From Mobula hypostoma (lineage: Eukaryota), in NCBI RefSeq assembly GCF_963921235.1, contig NC_086097.1, positions 114,082,001-114,146,000 of the forward strand: DNA of 64,000 nt. Direction: 5' to 3'. The notes beneath the pieces were generated by a model, which saw nothing but the letters and a program-made list of their open reading frames with translations, searched no databases and was not told the DNA's origin. The translations under genes and the position numbers were made by a program. Of the stretch, positions 36,148-50,141 are shown piece by piece. How positions within the stretch are numbered: the first letter of the stretch is position 1; every line of letters starts with the position of its first letter.

Positions 36148-39100
36148 TTCAATCCCCTCCACAGATGCTGCCTGATCTGCCGACTTCCTGCAGTACTTAG
36201 TGTGTGTTGCTCAGGATTTCTAGCATCTGCTGAAGCTCTTGTGGTTAGTTAAGCGGTTGTCCACATGGGGCACTTACCGCTAATTCCAAGCGGTAAATTC
36301 CATGACCTTCATCTGAATCTCACTAGTGTGTAAAGCACTAGATCATACTCTAAACAATCACTGTAAGCCAAAGTTACAATGCCATTTGGCCCACAACCTC
36401 CACTGCTCACTCTTTGTAATACAGTCGCTGTCCAATTAGTCCCATGCCTAACTCCTTCCACACAACCGAGTATTTTCTTTTATTTGGACAATGGACCGCA
36501 TTCTTCCACGCACTTTTATTTTAATGAAAGCCAATCGGGAAAAAAATACGATCCAAACAACATTTTCAACTACCTACCCACATGAAGTCATAGTCTGGGC
36601 CTCTTTTTATTAGAAGCAGTTTGGAGAATGAAAGGTGACAAAGGGGTTCAAGTTATGACTGACCTATTTGTATATAAAATAACGTAGGCCTGGATACAGT
36701 AAATGGGAAGGGCTTACTTCCATCAATCGGAAATCAAAATTTTGGGACGTAGACAGAAGGATTAGTGGATGATGATAACTGGAAATTCAGTTATTATTGC
36801 CATGTGTACTGAGACACACTGAAACACGATGTTTGTATGTCATCCAGACAGGTCATAGACCATGGAACAGTACAGCACAGTGACGGCTCTTCAGTCTGCG
36901 AAGTTGTTCCGACCTTCTAACCTTCTCCAATATCAATCCAAATCTTCCCTCCATTTTTCTTCCATCCATCTGCCTATTGAAGAGTTTTTTAAATACCCCT
37001 AGTGTATCAGCCTCTACCACCACCTCTGGCATATATCACTCTCTGTATAAAAAACTACCTCTGACATCTCCCCTAAACTTTTCTCTGATTGTCTTAAGAG
37101 GATGTCCTCTGCTATTAGCTACTACCGCACCGGGGATAAGGCATTGGCTCTCCATTTTATCTTCGCTCTTATCATCTTATACACCTCTATCCAGATGCCT
37201 CTCATCCTCCCTTGCTCCAAAGAGAAAAGCCCTAGCAACACTTTACCTTTCCTCATAAGACTCGCTCTCTAATACAGGCAGCATAGAACATAAAACATAG
37301 AACATAGAATAGTACAGCACTTTACAGGCCCTTCTGCCTACAATGTTGTGTTGACCCTCAAACGTTGCCTCCTATATAACCCCCCACCTTAAATTCCTCC
37401 ATATACCTGTCTAGTATATGGACAATCTACTTAAATTGTTTATCCTGATTGACCTACCTACATTTTGGATTCTTGGATATGAGAAATTTAATAATCTTTG
37501 CTAAAAATGAAATGTTTTGTAGTTTGATTTTAAAAAGAGTTATATCAGCTTCCCACCAGCTTTTCCTGACTGAAAACAAGACCAATTCATTTCAATACAA
37601 CTCCAATTTTTGCCGGTTTCATTTTTGCTCTGCATTGTCAATGTGCTGAGCTTTTTTAAAAAAACACATCCACCTGAAGTCCATGCCTACAAGCAGTAAG
37701 ACCACAAGACACAGGAGCAGAATTAGACCATTCGGCCTATTGAGTCTGCTCCGACATTTCATCATGGCTGATCCATTGCCCTTTCAACCCCATTTCTCCT
37801 GCCTTCTCCACGTAACCTTTCATGCCCTGACTAATCAAAAGCCCATCAACTTACGCCTTAAATACACCCAATGACCTGGCCTTCACAGCCTCATGTGGCA
37901 ACAAATTCCAGATTCACTACCCACTGACTAAAGAAATTCCTCATCTCCATTCTAATTGGACGTCCCTCTATTTATTACCTTCCATCCATCAGGCTCTTAA
38001 ACATGGACAACTTCACTCACAACACTTAACTAATCACTGACCACAACCTATGGATCATTTTCAAGGACTCAATAACTCATGTTCTCGGTATTACTTATTT
38101 GTTATTACAGTATCTGTTTTTATGTATTTGCACAGTTTCTCTGCTTTTGCACATTGGTTGTTCATCAGTCTTTGTGTGCAGATCTTCACATCCTGGTAAA
38201 TCTCCTCTGCACCCTCTCTAAAGCTTCCACCTCCTTCCCATAATGTGGTGACAGAGAATTTTGGTAAATATTGCAAATGTTTCTGCTATAACTTCCACCA
38301 TTTCTTTCCATCAGGATCAGAGGACCAGTCCACCTTTAAGCCCAGTACTTCTATCATCACCACCCCTGTAATGATTTGCAAAGGCAGTGATTGTATCGAG
38401 ATCCTCACTTTCCAACACCTCTATAACATCTCTCTTTGGCCTGTTAGCTGTGTCCTCTGTCGTGAAGACTGAGACAATTTCAGTGTCACTACTGGTAATT
38501 CCAATGACATTACTCTGCGAAAGATGGAGATCTTCTATAGGTAATCCTTTGTTGTTATAGTAATCCTTTGTTTCTTATGCATTTCTGTGCCATCATAATT
38601 CAATGCTACCTGATATATTGTGAGATTACCTACCTCTAGCACCTTCTTGCTTTGCAACCCCTTTTTCTGTGGAGATGGGGGAGAGTTGATTTTCTCTCAT
38701 ATTCCCTACAGCTCTCTCTTACTGGTCACCTTTAATCTATGCCCTTTGGTTTTAGGTTTCTGTTGAGAGAAAGTTTTTTCACTATCCATCCTATCTAGAC
38801 CTTTTACCATTTTGTGCACCTCAGTCAGCCTCTTCAGTCATCTCTGCTGTGAGGAAAGTAAACCCACCCTATCCTGTCCCTTCTCATAACAGAACTGATT
38901 CATCCCAGGCAACATCCTGATAATTTTCCTCTCCACCCTCTCCAGGCCATATACATGTTGCTACGATGTGGCGATCAGAAACATACATCATACTCCACTT
39001 GTAACCTAAAAATCTCCTGAGCTTTAGGGTTATATATTCAATGCCCCATGCGAATGAAGTTCAGTTCTCTGTTTGCCTTCTTCATTACTATGTCCACATA

Positions 39101-39202
39101 AGCTGTCATTGTAGGGATCTATGGATATACACCAAGATCTCTCTACCAGGGCTCTAGCTTTCATAATGGATTTCCCACCCTTATTAGACATCACAAGATT
39201 GG

Positions 39203-40100
39203 ACCATAAGACATGGGAGCAGAATTAGGCCATTCGACCCACCAAGTCTGCTCCGTCATTCCATTATTGTTGATTTATTATCCCTCTCAACTCCATTCTC
39301 CCCATAACCTTTGACATCCTTACTAATCAAGAATTTATCAACTTCTGATTTAAATATATTCAATGACTTGGCCTCCAAAACAGTCTGTGACAATGAATTC
39401 CATAGATTCACTAACCTCTTGCTAAAGAAACTTCTCAACTTCTCTGTTCTAAATGGACGTTCCTCTATTCTGAGGCTATGTCTGTCGTCCTAAACTCCAC
39501 CACTATAGGAAACATCCTCCCCACATTCACTCTGTCTAGGTCTTTTAATATTTTGCTTTTCAATATTTGGTAGGATTCAATGAGATCCCCACTCATTCTT
39601 TTAAACTTCAGCGAGTACAGGCCCAAAGCGATCAAACGCTCATGTTTTAACACTTACATTTCCGGAATCATTCTCGTGATCGTCCTATGAACCCTCTCCA
39701 ATATCAGAACATCTTTCCTTAATAAGAGGACTTAAACTGCTCAAAGCCTTTGGATTACATTCTTGCTTTTGTATTCTAGTCATCTTGAAACAAATGCCAA
39801 TATTGCATTTGCCTTCCTCACCACCAACTCAACCTGCAAGTTAATCTTTAGTGAATCCTATACAGGAACTTCCAAGTCCCTTTGTACCTTTGATTTTTGA
39901 ATATTTTCCCCTTTTATAAAATTATAAAATAGGAATAAGCCTTTATTCCTTCTACTAAAATGCATGACCATACACTTCCCTACCTGTATTCCATCTCCAC
40001 TTCTAGGGCCATTCTCTTAATCTGTCCAAGTCCTTCTGCAGATTCAGAGCTTCTTCAACACTACCTGCCCCTTCACCTATCTTCATATCATCTGCAAACT
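39203..40100 (-). mobile_element. CR1 LINE 3' fragment
   Basis: ERLIALGLYSL...GDLIESYQIL; FFSKRLVNLWNSL. Confidence 0.8.
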
Positions 40101-40114
40101 CAGCTATAATGCAA

Positions 40115-41500
40115 TCCCTTCTCAATTTCCATCAGATTAACTTGTAGCACCAGAAGTTCCAACACATTAGACCACTGTTATACTAAGATAAGGAATGCCT
40201 ACCATTCCGTGCCCAGACCTCATTTTGGGAAATCTGATCATTTGGCTATTCTTCTCCTACATGCATACAGATGGAGGCTAAAGAACAAAGCTCCAGAGAT
40301 TAGGACAACAAAGAGGTGGCTGCATGAGACAGAGAAGCAGCTACAGGATTGTGTCAATTTGGTGGACTTGGCCATGTTCAAGGCCCAGATCTGAATGAAT
40401 ACACCATGATTGTCACAGACTTTATAAAAAGAATTGGAGATGCGTATGTATCCTCAAAACCATTCACAGTCTTTCCCTACCAGAAGCCCTAGATGAACCT
40501 TGAGATCCACAATCTACTAAGAGCCATATCAGAGGTAGGATCTCTGGAAAGCCATCTCACAGGTAAAGTAGCAATTCTGGACTGAACTGAAATAAATGAA
40601 GGATGCTTGACAGTTGTGGCAGGGATCTAATGCATTCACATCTTATAAAGTAAAATCAGGTGACAAAGGTGACAAGAGGGCTTCGTTTAGAGATGAGCTC
40701 AATGCCTGTGCTCACCTTGATCATGAGAACATGGAAGGACCATCACAAAATGCCACAGCCCCCACTGATTTCAGTCTCTGGGGCCAAAGTGCAAACATCC
40801 TTCAGAAGGATGAACGGATGAAAAGCATCCGGTTCAAATGGGGTACCAGACCAAGGTGTAAAGACCTGCACTGATTAGCTGGCTGGACATGTTCATTGAG
40901 ATCTTTAGCTTCTCCCTTCATAAGTCTGAGGCCCCCTTCCTGCTCCAGGAGCAGGTATATCCACAGTGATGATGTGTTTCAAGAAGTTGTTAATGAAACA
41001 TATCAACTCCTCCCTGAGAAATAACTTGGACCCACTTCAGTTTGCCTACCAGAGCAACAGGTCCACAGCGGATACTATCTCATTGTCTCCCTACTCAACC
41101 CTGGAACATCTAGACCACAAAGATACATACATCAGGATGCTCTTTATTGACTACAGCATGGTATTCAATACTATCATCTCCTCAAAGCTAGCCAATAAGC
41201 TTCAATACCTTGGCCTCAATACCTTGTTCAACTGCATCCTTGATTTTCTTACTTGTAGACCCCAGTCAATTGCGATTGGCAACAACATCTCCTCTGTGCT
41301 TTGTGCTTAGCCCCCTGCTCCACTCACTTTACACTTATGACTGTATGGCTAAGCACAGCTCCCATGCCATTTTCAAGTTTGATGGTGACACCACAGTCAC
41401 AGGCCGAACCAAAGGTGGTGATGAGTCAGAATATAGGAGAGAGACCAAAAATCTGGCTAAGCGGTGCCATAAAAACAAGCTCTTACTCAATGTCAGCAAG
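40115..41500 (+). mobile_element. Older Rex1/Babar LINE ORF2 fragment
   Basis: PHFGKSDHL (APE end); LDPLQFAYQSNRSTAD...YIRMLFIDYS; LSPLL..LYTYDC...FKFDGDTT. Confidence 0.85.
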
Positions 41501-43547
41501 GTGAGGATGCCATCATACTCCTAAATTGTGCTTTATAGATTGTGAGAAGGCCTCGGGAATCAAAGATGAGCCACTTGCCACAGTCGTTGAACTGAAGCCT
41601 CTGTATTTATGTGGCTGGTCAGTTATGATTCTGATCAGAAGTAACTTCTAGGCTTTTGATGGTTACTGTACAGGGGAGGGTGACTTGGTAATGGTAATGT
41701 GCTTATGTATCAAGAGCAAATAGATAGACTCTTTTTGATTTATTTATTGAGATACAGCACGGAATAGGCCATTCTAGCCCTTCGAGACTCACCACCCTGC
41801 AATCCTCCAATTTAACCTGAGCCTAATCACAGGGCAATTTATAATGAACAATTAGCCTACCAATCAGTAGGTCTTTGGACTGTAGGAGGAAACCCAAGCA
41901 CCCAGAGGAAACCCATATGGTCACATGGAGAACATACAAACTGCTTACAGGCAGTGGTGGGAATTGAACCCTGGGCTACTGGCGCTGTAAAGTGTTGTGC
42001 TAACCATGATGCCACCCTGCCATCCTATTCTATCTTTGAGATCATCGTTGCCAGGTGTTTATTTCAATGTTGTCTGGGTCTTGCTGCACACTTGTATATT
42101 TGTTAACTTAAAATTAACACATTCATTAAAATTTAAAATTATATTTTAACTTATCATTGTGATGGAATGAAGGTTACTGATGAACCAAATGGAGATGCTG
42201 TACCTTGGATACTACTGAGAAATGGAATGGTTGACATCCCACACCACAACCATGTTCTTTTGTGTGAACACAGCTCCATCTACCGAAGAGTTTTCTCTTT
42301 GGCACTCATTGATGGCAGTCTTAATGGACTGCTTAATACAACAGTCGGTCAAGGACTGCCTTGATGTCCTGTCATTCTCATTCACTTCTGCAATTTAGCT
42401 CTCCAGTCAACATTTCGACCAAGATTGTGATGAGGTCTGCAGCTGAGCAGTTCTGGCAAAAGCTAAATTGGGTATTGTTAGTTGGTGAATACAGTTTGAT
42501 GGCACAACTGCAATACTTTGTAAACACTTGCTGATGTTTGAGAGTAGACTGACATGACTGCAATTTATATCGCTAGTTGAGTAGGACAAACGTGACCTGC
42601 TTCTCTAGAACTGCAAACATATTGATATTAATAAACTTAAATAATTAAGATAACTAAATGATCATACATGCAATTTAAGTTATGTATCACAATGAGGTAG
42701 AACTCTTTTCCCTATGGTCATATGTTTACATTAGTCATAAGTTTAGAAATTTGAATATCAAATAAGATGCTATTTTCCTCAAACAAGAGATCTATGTGTT
42801 TCAGTTAATGAACAGCGAATGTTGCCTTGGCAAAGCTTTTTTCATTTTTACCTCATGCTAGTTTGAAACACTGCTCCCTTGTTGTGTGAGCCTGCTCCCA
42901 GGGTCTTTTCTGCAGTCATTGCTTTGCATGTATTTACAGTGAGGACATTTTCCCCCTTTCAATTTGCTTTAGCTGCCAAAAGTAATTCTCATCAAAATTA
43001 AGAATTAGTTGTGGGAGACCAAGCAGACATAAAGACTTGGTACTCATTTTCCTCTGGATTGGAAGCTCCTCCTAAATTAGCATAGATTTGTTAATGCCTT
43101 TAATGAGTATGTATGTGGACATATCCACTTTTTGAATGCCTCTTACTGCACTGAAAAACTTGTTCAATTGCCGCTTTCTGCGTGATAAATTTTCTCTCAG
43201 ATGACATAATGAATAAATGTGCTGTTATCAAAATTGTGACATAATTTTGCATGAAACCAGTATTAAATACAATATTAATTCTCCATGATCCTAAGACATT
43301 TAGCTTTAAACCTGCTTTTACCACAGAATGGAAAACAGGCGATGCGAGACTGGGTGAAGGGGTTTAAACTTTGCATCATTTTTGTTTCTATTGGCTCTAA
43401 GTGTGTAACCCTAAATGAGAAGCCTAGCAGAGGTAAAAGCAGAAATGGATCTCTAGCCCACTAACTACAATTTTATGTGAAGGTATTTTTTTTGAAGGAC
43501 ATTTCATTGTTTTTCCATGGATCGAATAGGACTGAAAAATTATAAAT

Positions 43548-44220
43548 TTAGATTAGATTAGATTATGAGGACACTCAGTCCTCGTTTATTGTCATTTAGA
43601 AACGCATGTATTAAAAAATGATACAATGTTCCTTCAGAAAGATATCACAGAAACACAGGACAAACCAAGCCTAAAACTGACAAAACCACATAATTATAAC
43701 ATATAGTTACAACCGTGCAAAGCAATACCGTAATTTGATAAAGAGTAGACCATGGGCACGGTAAAAAAAAGTCTCAAGTCCCGATAGCCCCATCATCTCA
43801 CGCAGACGGTAGAAGGGAGAAACTCTCCTTGCCATGAGCTCCAAGCACTGCAAAGTTGCCGATGCATTGGAAGCACCCGACCACAGCCAACTCTGAGTCC
43901 ATCTGAAAATTTCGAGCCCCCGACCAGCTCTCTGATACCGAGCACTGAGCACCATCTCTGCCGAGCACTTCGACCCCGCCCCGGCCGCTGAGCAACAAGC
44001 AAAGCCGAGAACTTGGGGCCTTCCCCTCTGGAGATTCTGGATCACACAATAGCAACGGCAGCGAAGTAGGCATTTCAGAAGTTTCACAGATGTTCCTCCA
44101 TGCTGTCACATCTGTCTCCATCAAATCAGGATTGTGCACGGCACCCTACTTGACAGATAACAGATATCATTCACCGGAGTGGCCGCTGCGAGCTGTGTCG
44201 CGCCGCCATCTTCTCCTCCT
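43548..44220 (-). mobile_element. Non-autonomous LINE-like element (about 670 bp)
   Basis: Minus strand starts GGAGGAGAAGATGGCGGCGCG and ends AATAAA...(TAATC)n tail; CpGs retained; no recognisable coding motif. Confidence 0.6.
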
Positions 44221-44635
44221 GCCTATTATCAAAGACCATAAGAATTAGGCCATTCAGCCCATTGAATCTGTTCTGTCGTTTATCATGGCTAATTTACTGT
44301 CTCTTCCAACCCCATTTTCCTGCCTTCTCTCCATAACCTTTGACATCCTTACTAATGAAGAACCATTCAGATTCCCGCTCCCAATGACTTAACTGCTACA
44401 GATGTCTATGGTAATGAATTCCACAGATTCACTGCTCTCTTGTTGAAGAAATGCCTCCCCATTTCTGTCCTAGACACTCCCAGTATTGGAAAGATTCTCT
44501 TCACATCCACTCTGTCTAGGCTTTTCAATATTGGACAGGTTTCAGCCATAACCACAAGAGTTTCTGCAGATGATGGAAATACAGAGAAACAGACACAAAG
44601 TGCTGGAGGAAGTCAGCAAGTTTATTCCTTTATGG

Positions 44636-44715
44636 CAGGGGTTCCCAACCTGGGATCCATGGGCCCCGTGCTTAATGTTATTGGTCCATGGCATAAAAGC
44701 AGTTGGGAACCCCTG
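44636..44715. mobile_element. 80-bp hAT-type MITE inside a Penelope pLTR
   Basis: Perfect 14-bp TIRs CAGGGGTTCCCAAC / GTTGGGAACCCCTG; a half copy ends near 17571; TSD not recognisable. Confidence 0.8.
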
Positions 44716-46553
44716 TTCTTACGAGAGGAATAACAGTCGACAGTTCATGCCCAGAATCCTTCCATGGATTTTAGAAAGGAAGGGGGAAAAAGCCGGAATA
44801 AGAAGATGGGGTTGGGGAATGAGTACAAACTGGCTGACGATAGGTGAAGCCAGATGAGTGTCCTCTCCTATCAGATTCCTTCTTATTCAGCCTTTTATGT
44901 TTTTGTAACTATCAGCTCCCAGCTTCTCACTCCATTCCCCTCCATCATTCACCCTTCACCTGTCACCTGATAGCTTTTTTTGGCTTCTTCCCCCTGTCCT
45001 GATGAAAGGTCTCACTGACTTTTATTCCTCTCCATAAATGCTGTCTGACCTGCTGAGTTCCCCAGAGTTTTGTGTTTTACCCCAGATTCAATCGCTCACT
45101 CACACACGAGGGACAATTGGTGGCAGCCATTTAACATACTAATGCAAATGCGTTTGGGATGTGGGAGGGGATTGCTGTACCCAGGAGGAATCGGTCACAC
45201 AGTCAGAGGAAGAATGTGTAGACTATGTGGGCAGCACCTTATGCTGGGAGTGAACTACAGTGGCTAGAGCTGTAGCACAGGAACTCTACTAGTTAAACTG
45301 CTAGGCCACCCAACAGAATCTCCCTGCTCGAGTTTTCTGAGCCTTTGGACAATTAAGGCAATGATCCATGCTGAATTTAACCACCTTAACTACCACTCAT
45401 GCCATCCAGGGATTTGTAGACCTACACTCCATTTATTTTATATTTCAGAGATCCAATTATTTATGACGTGCATATCAAAACATACAATAAATGTGTTGTT
45501 TGTGTTAACAACCTAAGGATGTACTGGGGGCAGCCCACAAGTGTTGCTACACATTTGGGCGCCAACAACGCATGCCCACAATTTTCAGCTGAAGCAACGA
45601 AACAACAACAGCAAAACAAGCCCCCATTCCTCCCTCCCTCCCACCTGCATAGACAGTCCTCCAACTCCATGATAGGCCTCTAGGCCCTCAACTCTAGGAT
45701 AGGCCTCTAGGCCTCCCGCTTCCAGTGCACTCACAGAATACAGCCCCCAACTTCCCCACTGAACTCGCAGACTCAGGATTCCAGCAGTTAGGGTCTCAAC
45801 CTTCAGGCATCAATATTTAGTATCAACTGCAGGACTAGCCCATGACATGTCCTCAAACCCCGGACGATGAACTCCGGGCTTACCGATGACGAGACCCCAA
45901 ACTGCAGGCATCAAACTCCAGATTTTCCCATTTACCTACCTCAATGCTCCTTCTGATCAAGTTCCCCTGGGTCCTGTTATACCTCCACACATAGTGTCCA
46001 TTTATTTCTTGAATTACTTGTCCTCCAAAAATCCATGACCATACACTTCTGAAGACCAAATTTAATGTGCCTTTCTTTTGTTCATTCCTATATTCCTGTA
46101 TCCTTGAACAGAGCCAATTTAGCTGCCATTGGCAAAATCCTTAATGAAGGCCCAAATATTTAAGTCTATTATTTATACCAGAAAAGAAATGGAGCTTTAT
46201 ACTGATGCCGGTGGAATCCTACAGAGGCACTTTTTAATTCAACAGTTCCACTTTTTTACATTCTTAGAACATTTTTCTCTGTATGGCTTTGTCAAGTATC
46301 TTGTTAGCCTCCATTTTTACAACATCAAATGCTTTACGCCCACTCATATCATAGTCACCGCCTCAAAAAAATTAAATTGTTAGTCTGATGTGATATATCC
46401 TTAACAAATCTAGCTGACTATCCTTGATTAATCTGCACCTCTTTATATATTTATTTATGACATCCCACAGAAATTGTTCCAACAACATTCCTTTCAGACT
46501 CACTGGCCTATAGTTGAAAAGGCTATTCTTTCTTCCTTTTAAACAATGGTGTA

Positions 46554-46697
46554 CATCAGTAACCTTATGGTCCTCCAAAACTATGCCATCAGTAACCTTA
46601 AGGTCCTCCAACACTCTGCCATCAGTAACCATATGGTCCTCCAATGCTGTCCTCCAGCACTGTGCCAACAGCAACCTTATAGTCTTCTAGCACTATG
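46554..46697. repeat. Degenerate 33-bp tandem repeat (about 4 copies) within a CR1 RT remnant
   Basis: Unit approximately CATCAGTAACCTTATGGTCCTCCAAAACTATGC; adjacent NYRPVSL motif. Confidence 0.7.
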
Positions 46698-46924
46698 TCT
46701 ACAGCCAAAGATAATTGCATAATTTCCAACCTCGCTTCTTTAAAAAGCCTAGGATATTTTTCTCTGGTCTGGTGACTAATCCACTTTTGAATTAGTACCC
46801 TCACTTTCTATGTTTGCCATTACTAAAAATTCATACACTTCCACATTTATGTCAAACTAATTTCATCACACACTGTACAATGTATTCTTCGCTGTTGTTA
46901 AATCTATACTCTAATCTTGTTTCT

Positions 46925-47625
46925 GCCAGAAATTTCCACATGAGGAAAGGAATTATTTTAATGTGTGGCCTCCTCTGCAATGGTGAGACCTTATGTAGAA
47001 TGGGGAACCACTTCGTCAAGCACTGTTGCATCATCCATCACAAAAAGTGGGATTTCCCTATAGCCACCCATTTCAATTTCATTTTCTATATCCATTCTGA
47101 CATGTTATTCCATGGCCTCGGTGAGGACATTCTTATGCTGGAGGAGCAACACTTCATACTCCATCAGGATAGCCTCCAGCCTAATAGCTAGAGTATTGAT
47201 TTCTCCCCCATCTCTCTTATTCCATTTCCCATTCTGGTTCTCCTCCCACCTCCTCACTTCTCCTCACCTGCTTTTCGCCTCCCTCTTGTGCCCCTTCTCC
47301 TTTCCATTCTCCCATGGTCCACTGTCATGTTCTATTGGATTCTTTCTTCTTCAGCCTCTTCCACCTATCACTTCCCAGCTTCTCATTTCAAACCCCATCC
47401 CACCCACCTATCTTTCCCCTTATCTGGTTTTGCCAACTCGTACTCCCCCTCCCCCACCTTCTAATTCTGGTTCCTTTACCTTTCCTTTGCAGTTCCGATG
47501 AAGGATCTTGGCCCGAATTTTCGACTGCTTATTCCCCTCCATAGATGCTTCCTGACTTACAGAGTTCCTGCAGCGTTTCGCGTGTGTTGCTCAAGATTCC
47601 TAGTATCTGCAGAATCTCTTGTGAT
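46925..47625 (+). mobile_element. Penelope GIY-YIG remnant plus pLTR
   Basis: LLCNGETLCRMGNHFVKH...PIATHFN...LEEQHFI; decayed hammerhead at 47490-47527. Confidence 0.8.
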
Positions 47626-50141
47626 TGTTATTTTAATGTGCCCAGTTTTGACTCAAGGATGCATTCACAGCTCACCTTTTCAGTCTGTGTGTCAGATAGA
47701 AAAGTCTGAACAGTTATGTTGTCACATGCTTCAAGCAGCAAGCTTTGCCAGAGTCAGGTCATGGTTACCTATAACCTGCAACGCAGTGCAAAGGTGTACA
47801 GCTTCTCGCTGGTGATTGTTGTACTGTGGGTAATGTGATTTGTAGTTGCTTGGAGAAAGGAGAACTGCTTTTGCACTGGATTTTCTATGAACTCTTCAAC
47901 TGGGACTATTGATTATGTACCACATAATTCAATTATAACCATATGGATTTGCTTTTAATTAAAGAGAGCAAAACAACTAATGCTCTGGTTGGAACCAGAT
48001 TCTGCTGAATACTACAGTGTTCCAAATTCTTATCAGGACATTGAATTAGGACACTGAAATAGGCAGACCTAATTGTAAAACAGCATGGTTTCTGATTTCA
48101 GCCATTCAGAAATTTATTTAAAATGTAAAACTACAAATCTTTCTCATTATACTGAATTTGTGTCTGTTAGCCAGTTTTGATTGCTCGGCCTGTAAACTGA
48201 TTGAAATTAGAAAACGATAGAACAAAGATTGAAAAACCAGTTTAGACCATGTCCTTCAGGTAGTCTTGAAAATTCCAGACCTCGGGGGAAGGGATCCAGC
48301 CAAGTACAGGGGCCTGGTTTCGGGCATAGAACATAGAGCAGTATGGCACAGAAACAGACTCTTCGGCCCACAATGTTGTACTGAACCAATCAAATTAGTG
48401 ATCAAGAGGCCAACTGAACTAATTCCTTCTCCCTACACAATGTCTATATCCTTCCAGTTCCCTCACATTCGTGTGCCTATCTAAATGTCTCCTAAAAGTC
48501 CCTAACGTGTCTGCCTCTACCACCACTCCAGACACCCACAACTCTTTCTGTAAAAAAAACTTGCCCCTCACATCTTTTTTGAACTTACCTCCTCTCACCT
48601 TAAATAAATACCCTCCGGTATGAGGCACTTCAACCCCGGGAAAAAGATACCGTCTGTCTACTCTATCTATGCCTTCATAATCTTATAAACCTCAATTAGT
48701 TCTCCCCTCAGCCTCATGTGAGAAAGACACGTCTGGGGAAAGGATGGGGCCGCAAGCACTGTGAACAAGGCAGAGCTGGGGATGAAGTGTCACTCAGTGA
48801 GCTGTATTGGGCCTGGGCTGAGTAACACTGGAAATCAGGTAAATGACTGCGACAAGCAGGGAGTAGAGATCTAATGGTAGTAAACAGGAGCTGAACGCCT
48901 GGCCTCCATCACGGGCCTTGGGCATTCAGCAATATTGTCTGAGATAAAGAATGTGGGCATCAGGGGTTTAGTGAGGTTGAACTGGAAAACGCCAAGATCA
49001 GTGGGTCAGGTGGGGAGGGTGGATGGTGGCTGTGACGTTGGTGATGTGTAGGTAAAGGGAATGAGATCCCAATCCAGTGCCATAATGTAAATAACCTACT
49101 AGCCCTGTCAGTGGCAATGATGGTCATTTCCTGAAACAACTGGTTTAATTTCTCCAACAATGGTCCAAGTGTACTATTACCCTAGGACTGATGTTGATGC
49201 GTGACTGACCCAGGAATCTCGTCAGGCAGTAATGTTAAAGTACGACAGGAAGTGTCCATTCAGTGCTAAAGTTTGATCCTGAAATAGGCGTGACTGCTTT
49301 TCACTCTGGAAACTGTCAGCTCAGACATGCAGTTCAAGACAAAAAAGTGCCGAGCTGTGATCTCCGTCGAAGTCATGTCTCAGACTTAGCTTTTTCAAGT
49401 TTGTAGGGATGTTTTTAGGGACAAAGAATGGAGTTAGGGGTCAGGTGAAGGTTTAGGGACAGGGATATAGGAGAGTTAACAGTCAGATTAGGGTGGGGAC
49501 AAGGAAGAGTTAGAGGTCTCCACTCCACACTCGCTTTCAAAGACCAGCAGCGTGGACGGATGATGTTCAGAGCCTGTGCCTCTGCTCTGCACTCCAAGCT
49601 CGATGGCCAGCAATGTGCATATGGGACGAAGGACATCCAAAGACTAGGCCTCCTCTCCATGTTTGAAAGCTCTCCTTGTTGTGTTCTGTTTTGATGAGTT
49701 CTCTATTGCTCTGACAAGCATCATGGGGGTGAAATTTTACCGCCAGAATGTCTAGCGACATTTGTGGGCTGCCCCGGCGTATCCTTAGGTTGTGCTGGCT
49801 ATTAACACAAACAAGGCATTTCACAGTATGTTTCCATGTGCAGGTGATAAATAAATAAATGAATTCATCTCATCTGAGTTCTTCAGTTGTAATGTGCTTT
49901 CCATTTAAAATTGTCCGTATCTTTTATCCTTCATGGTTTGAATCATATTGAGATTATTTTCCTTAACTAGCGTTTTTGTTGGTTTGCCCAAACCGCCGTG
50001 TGATTCTGTGATTTGTTTCAGCGTGTGTAACTTGAGTAATTAGCCCCTACAAAAGAAATGAGGAGAAACAAACACACACAGCATCTCATCTACAATCATT
50101 ACACTTTAAATGATAAAGACAACTAAAAGCTAAAATTGAAC

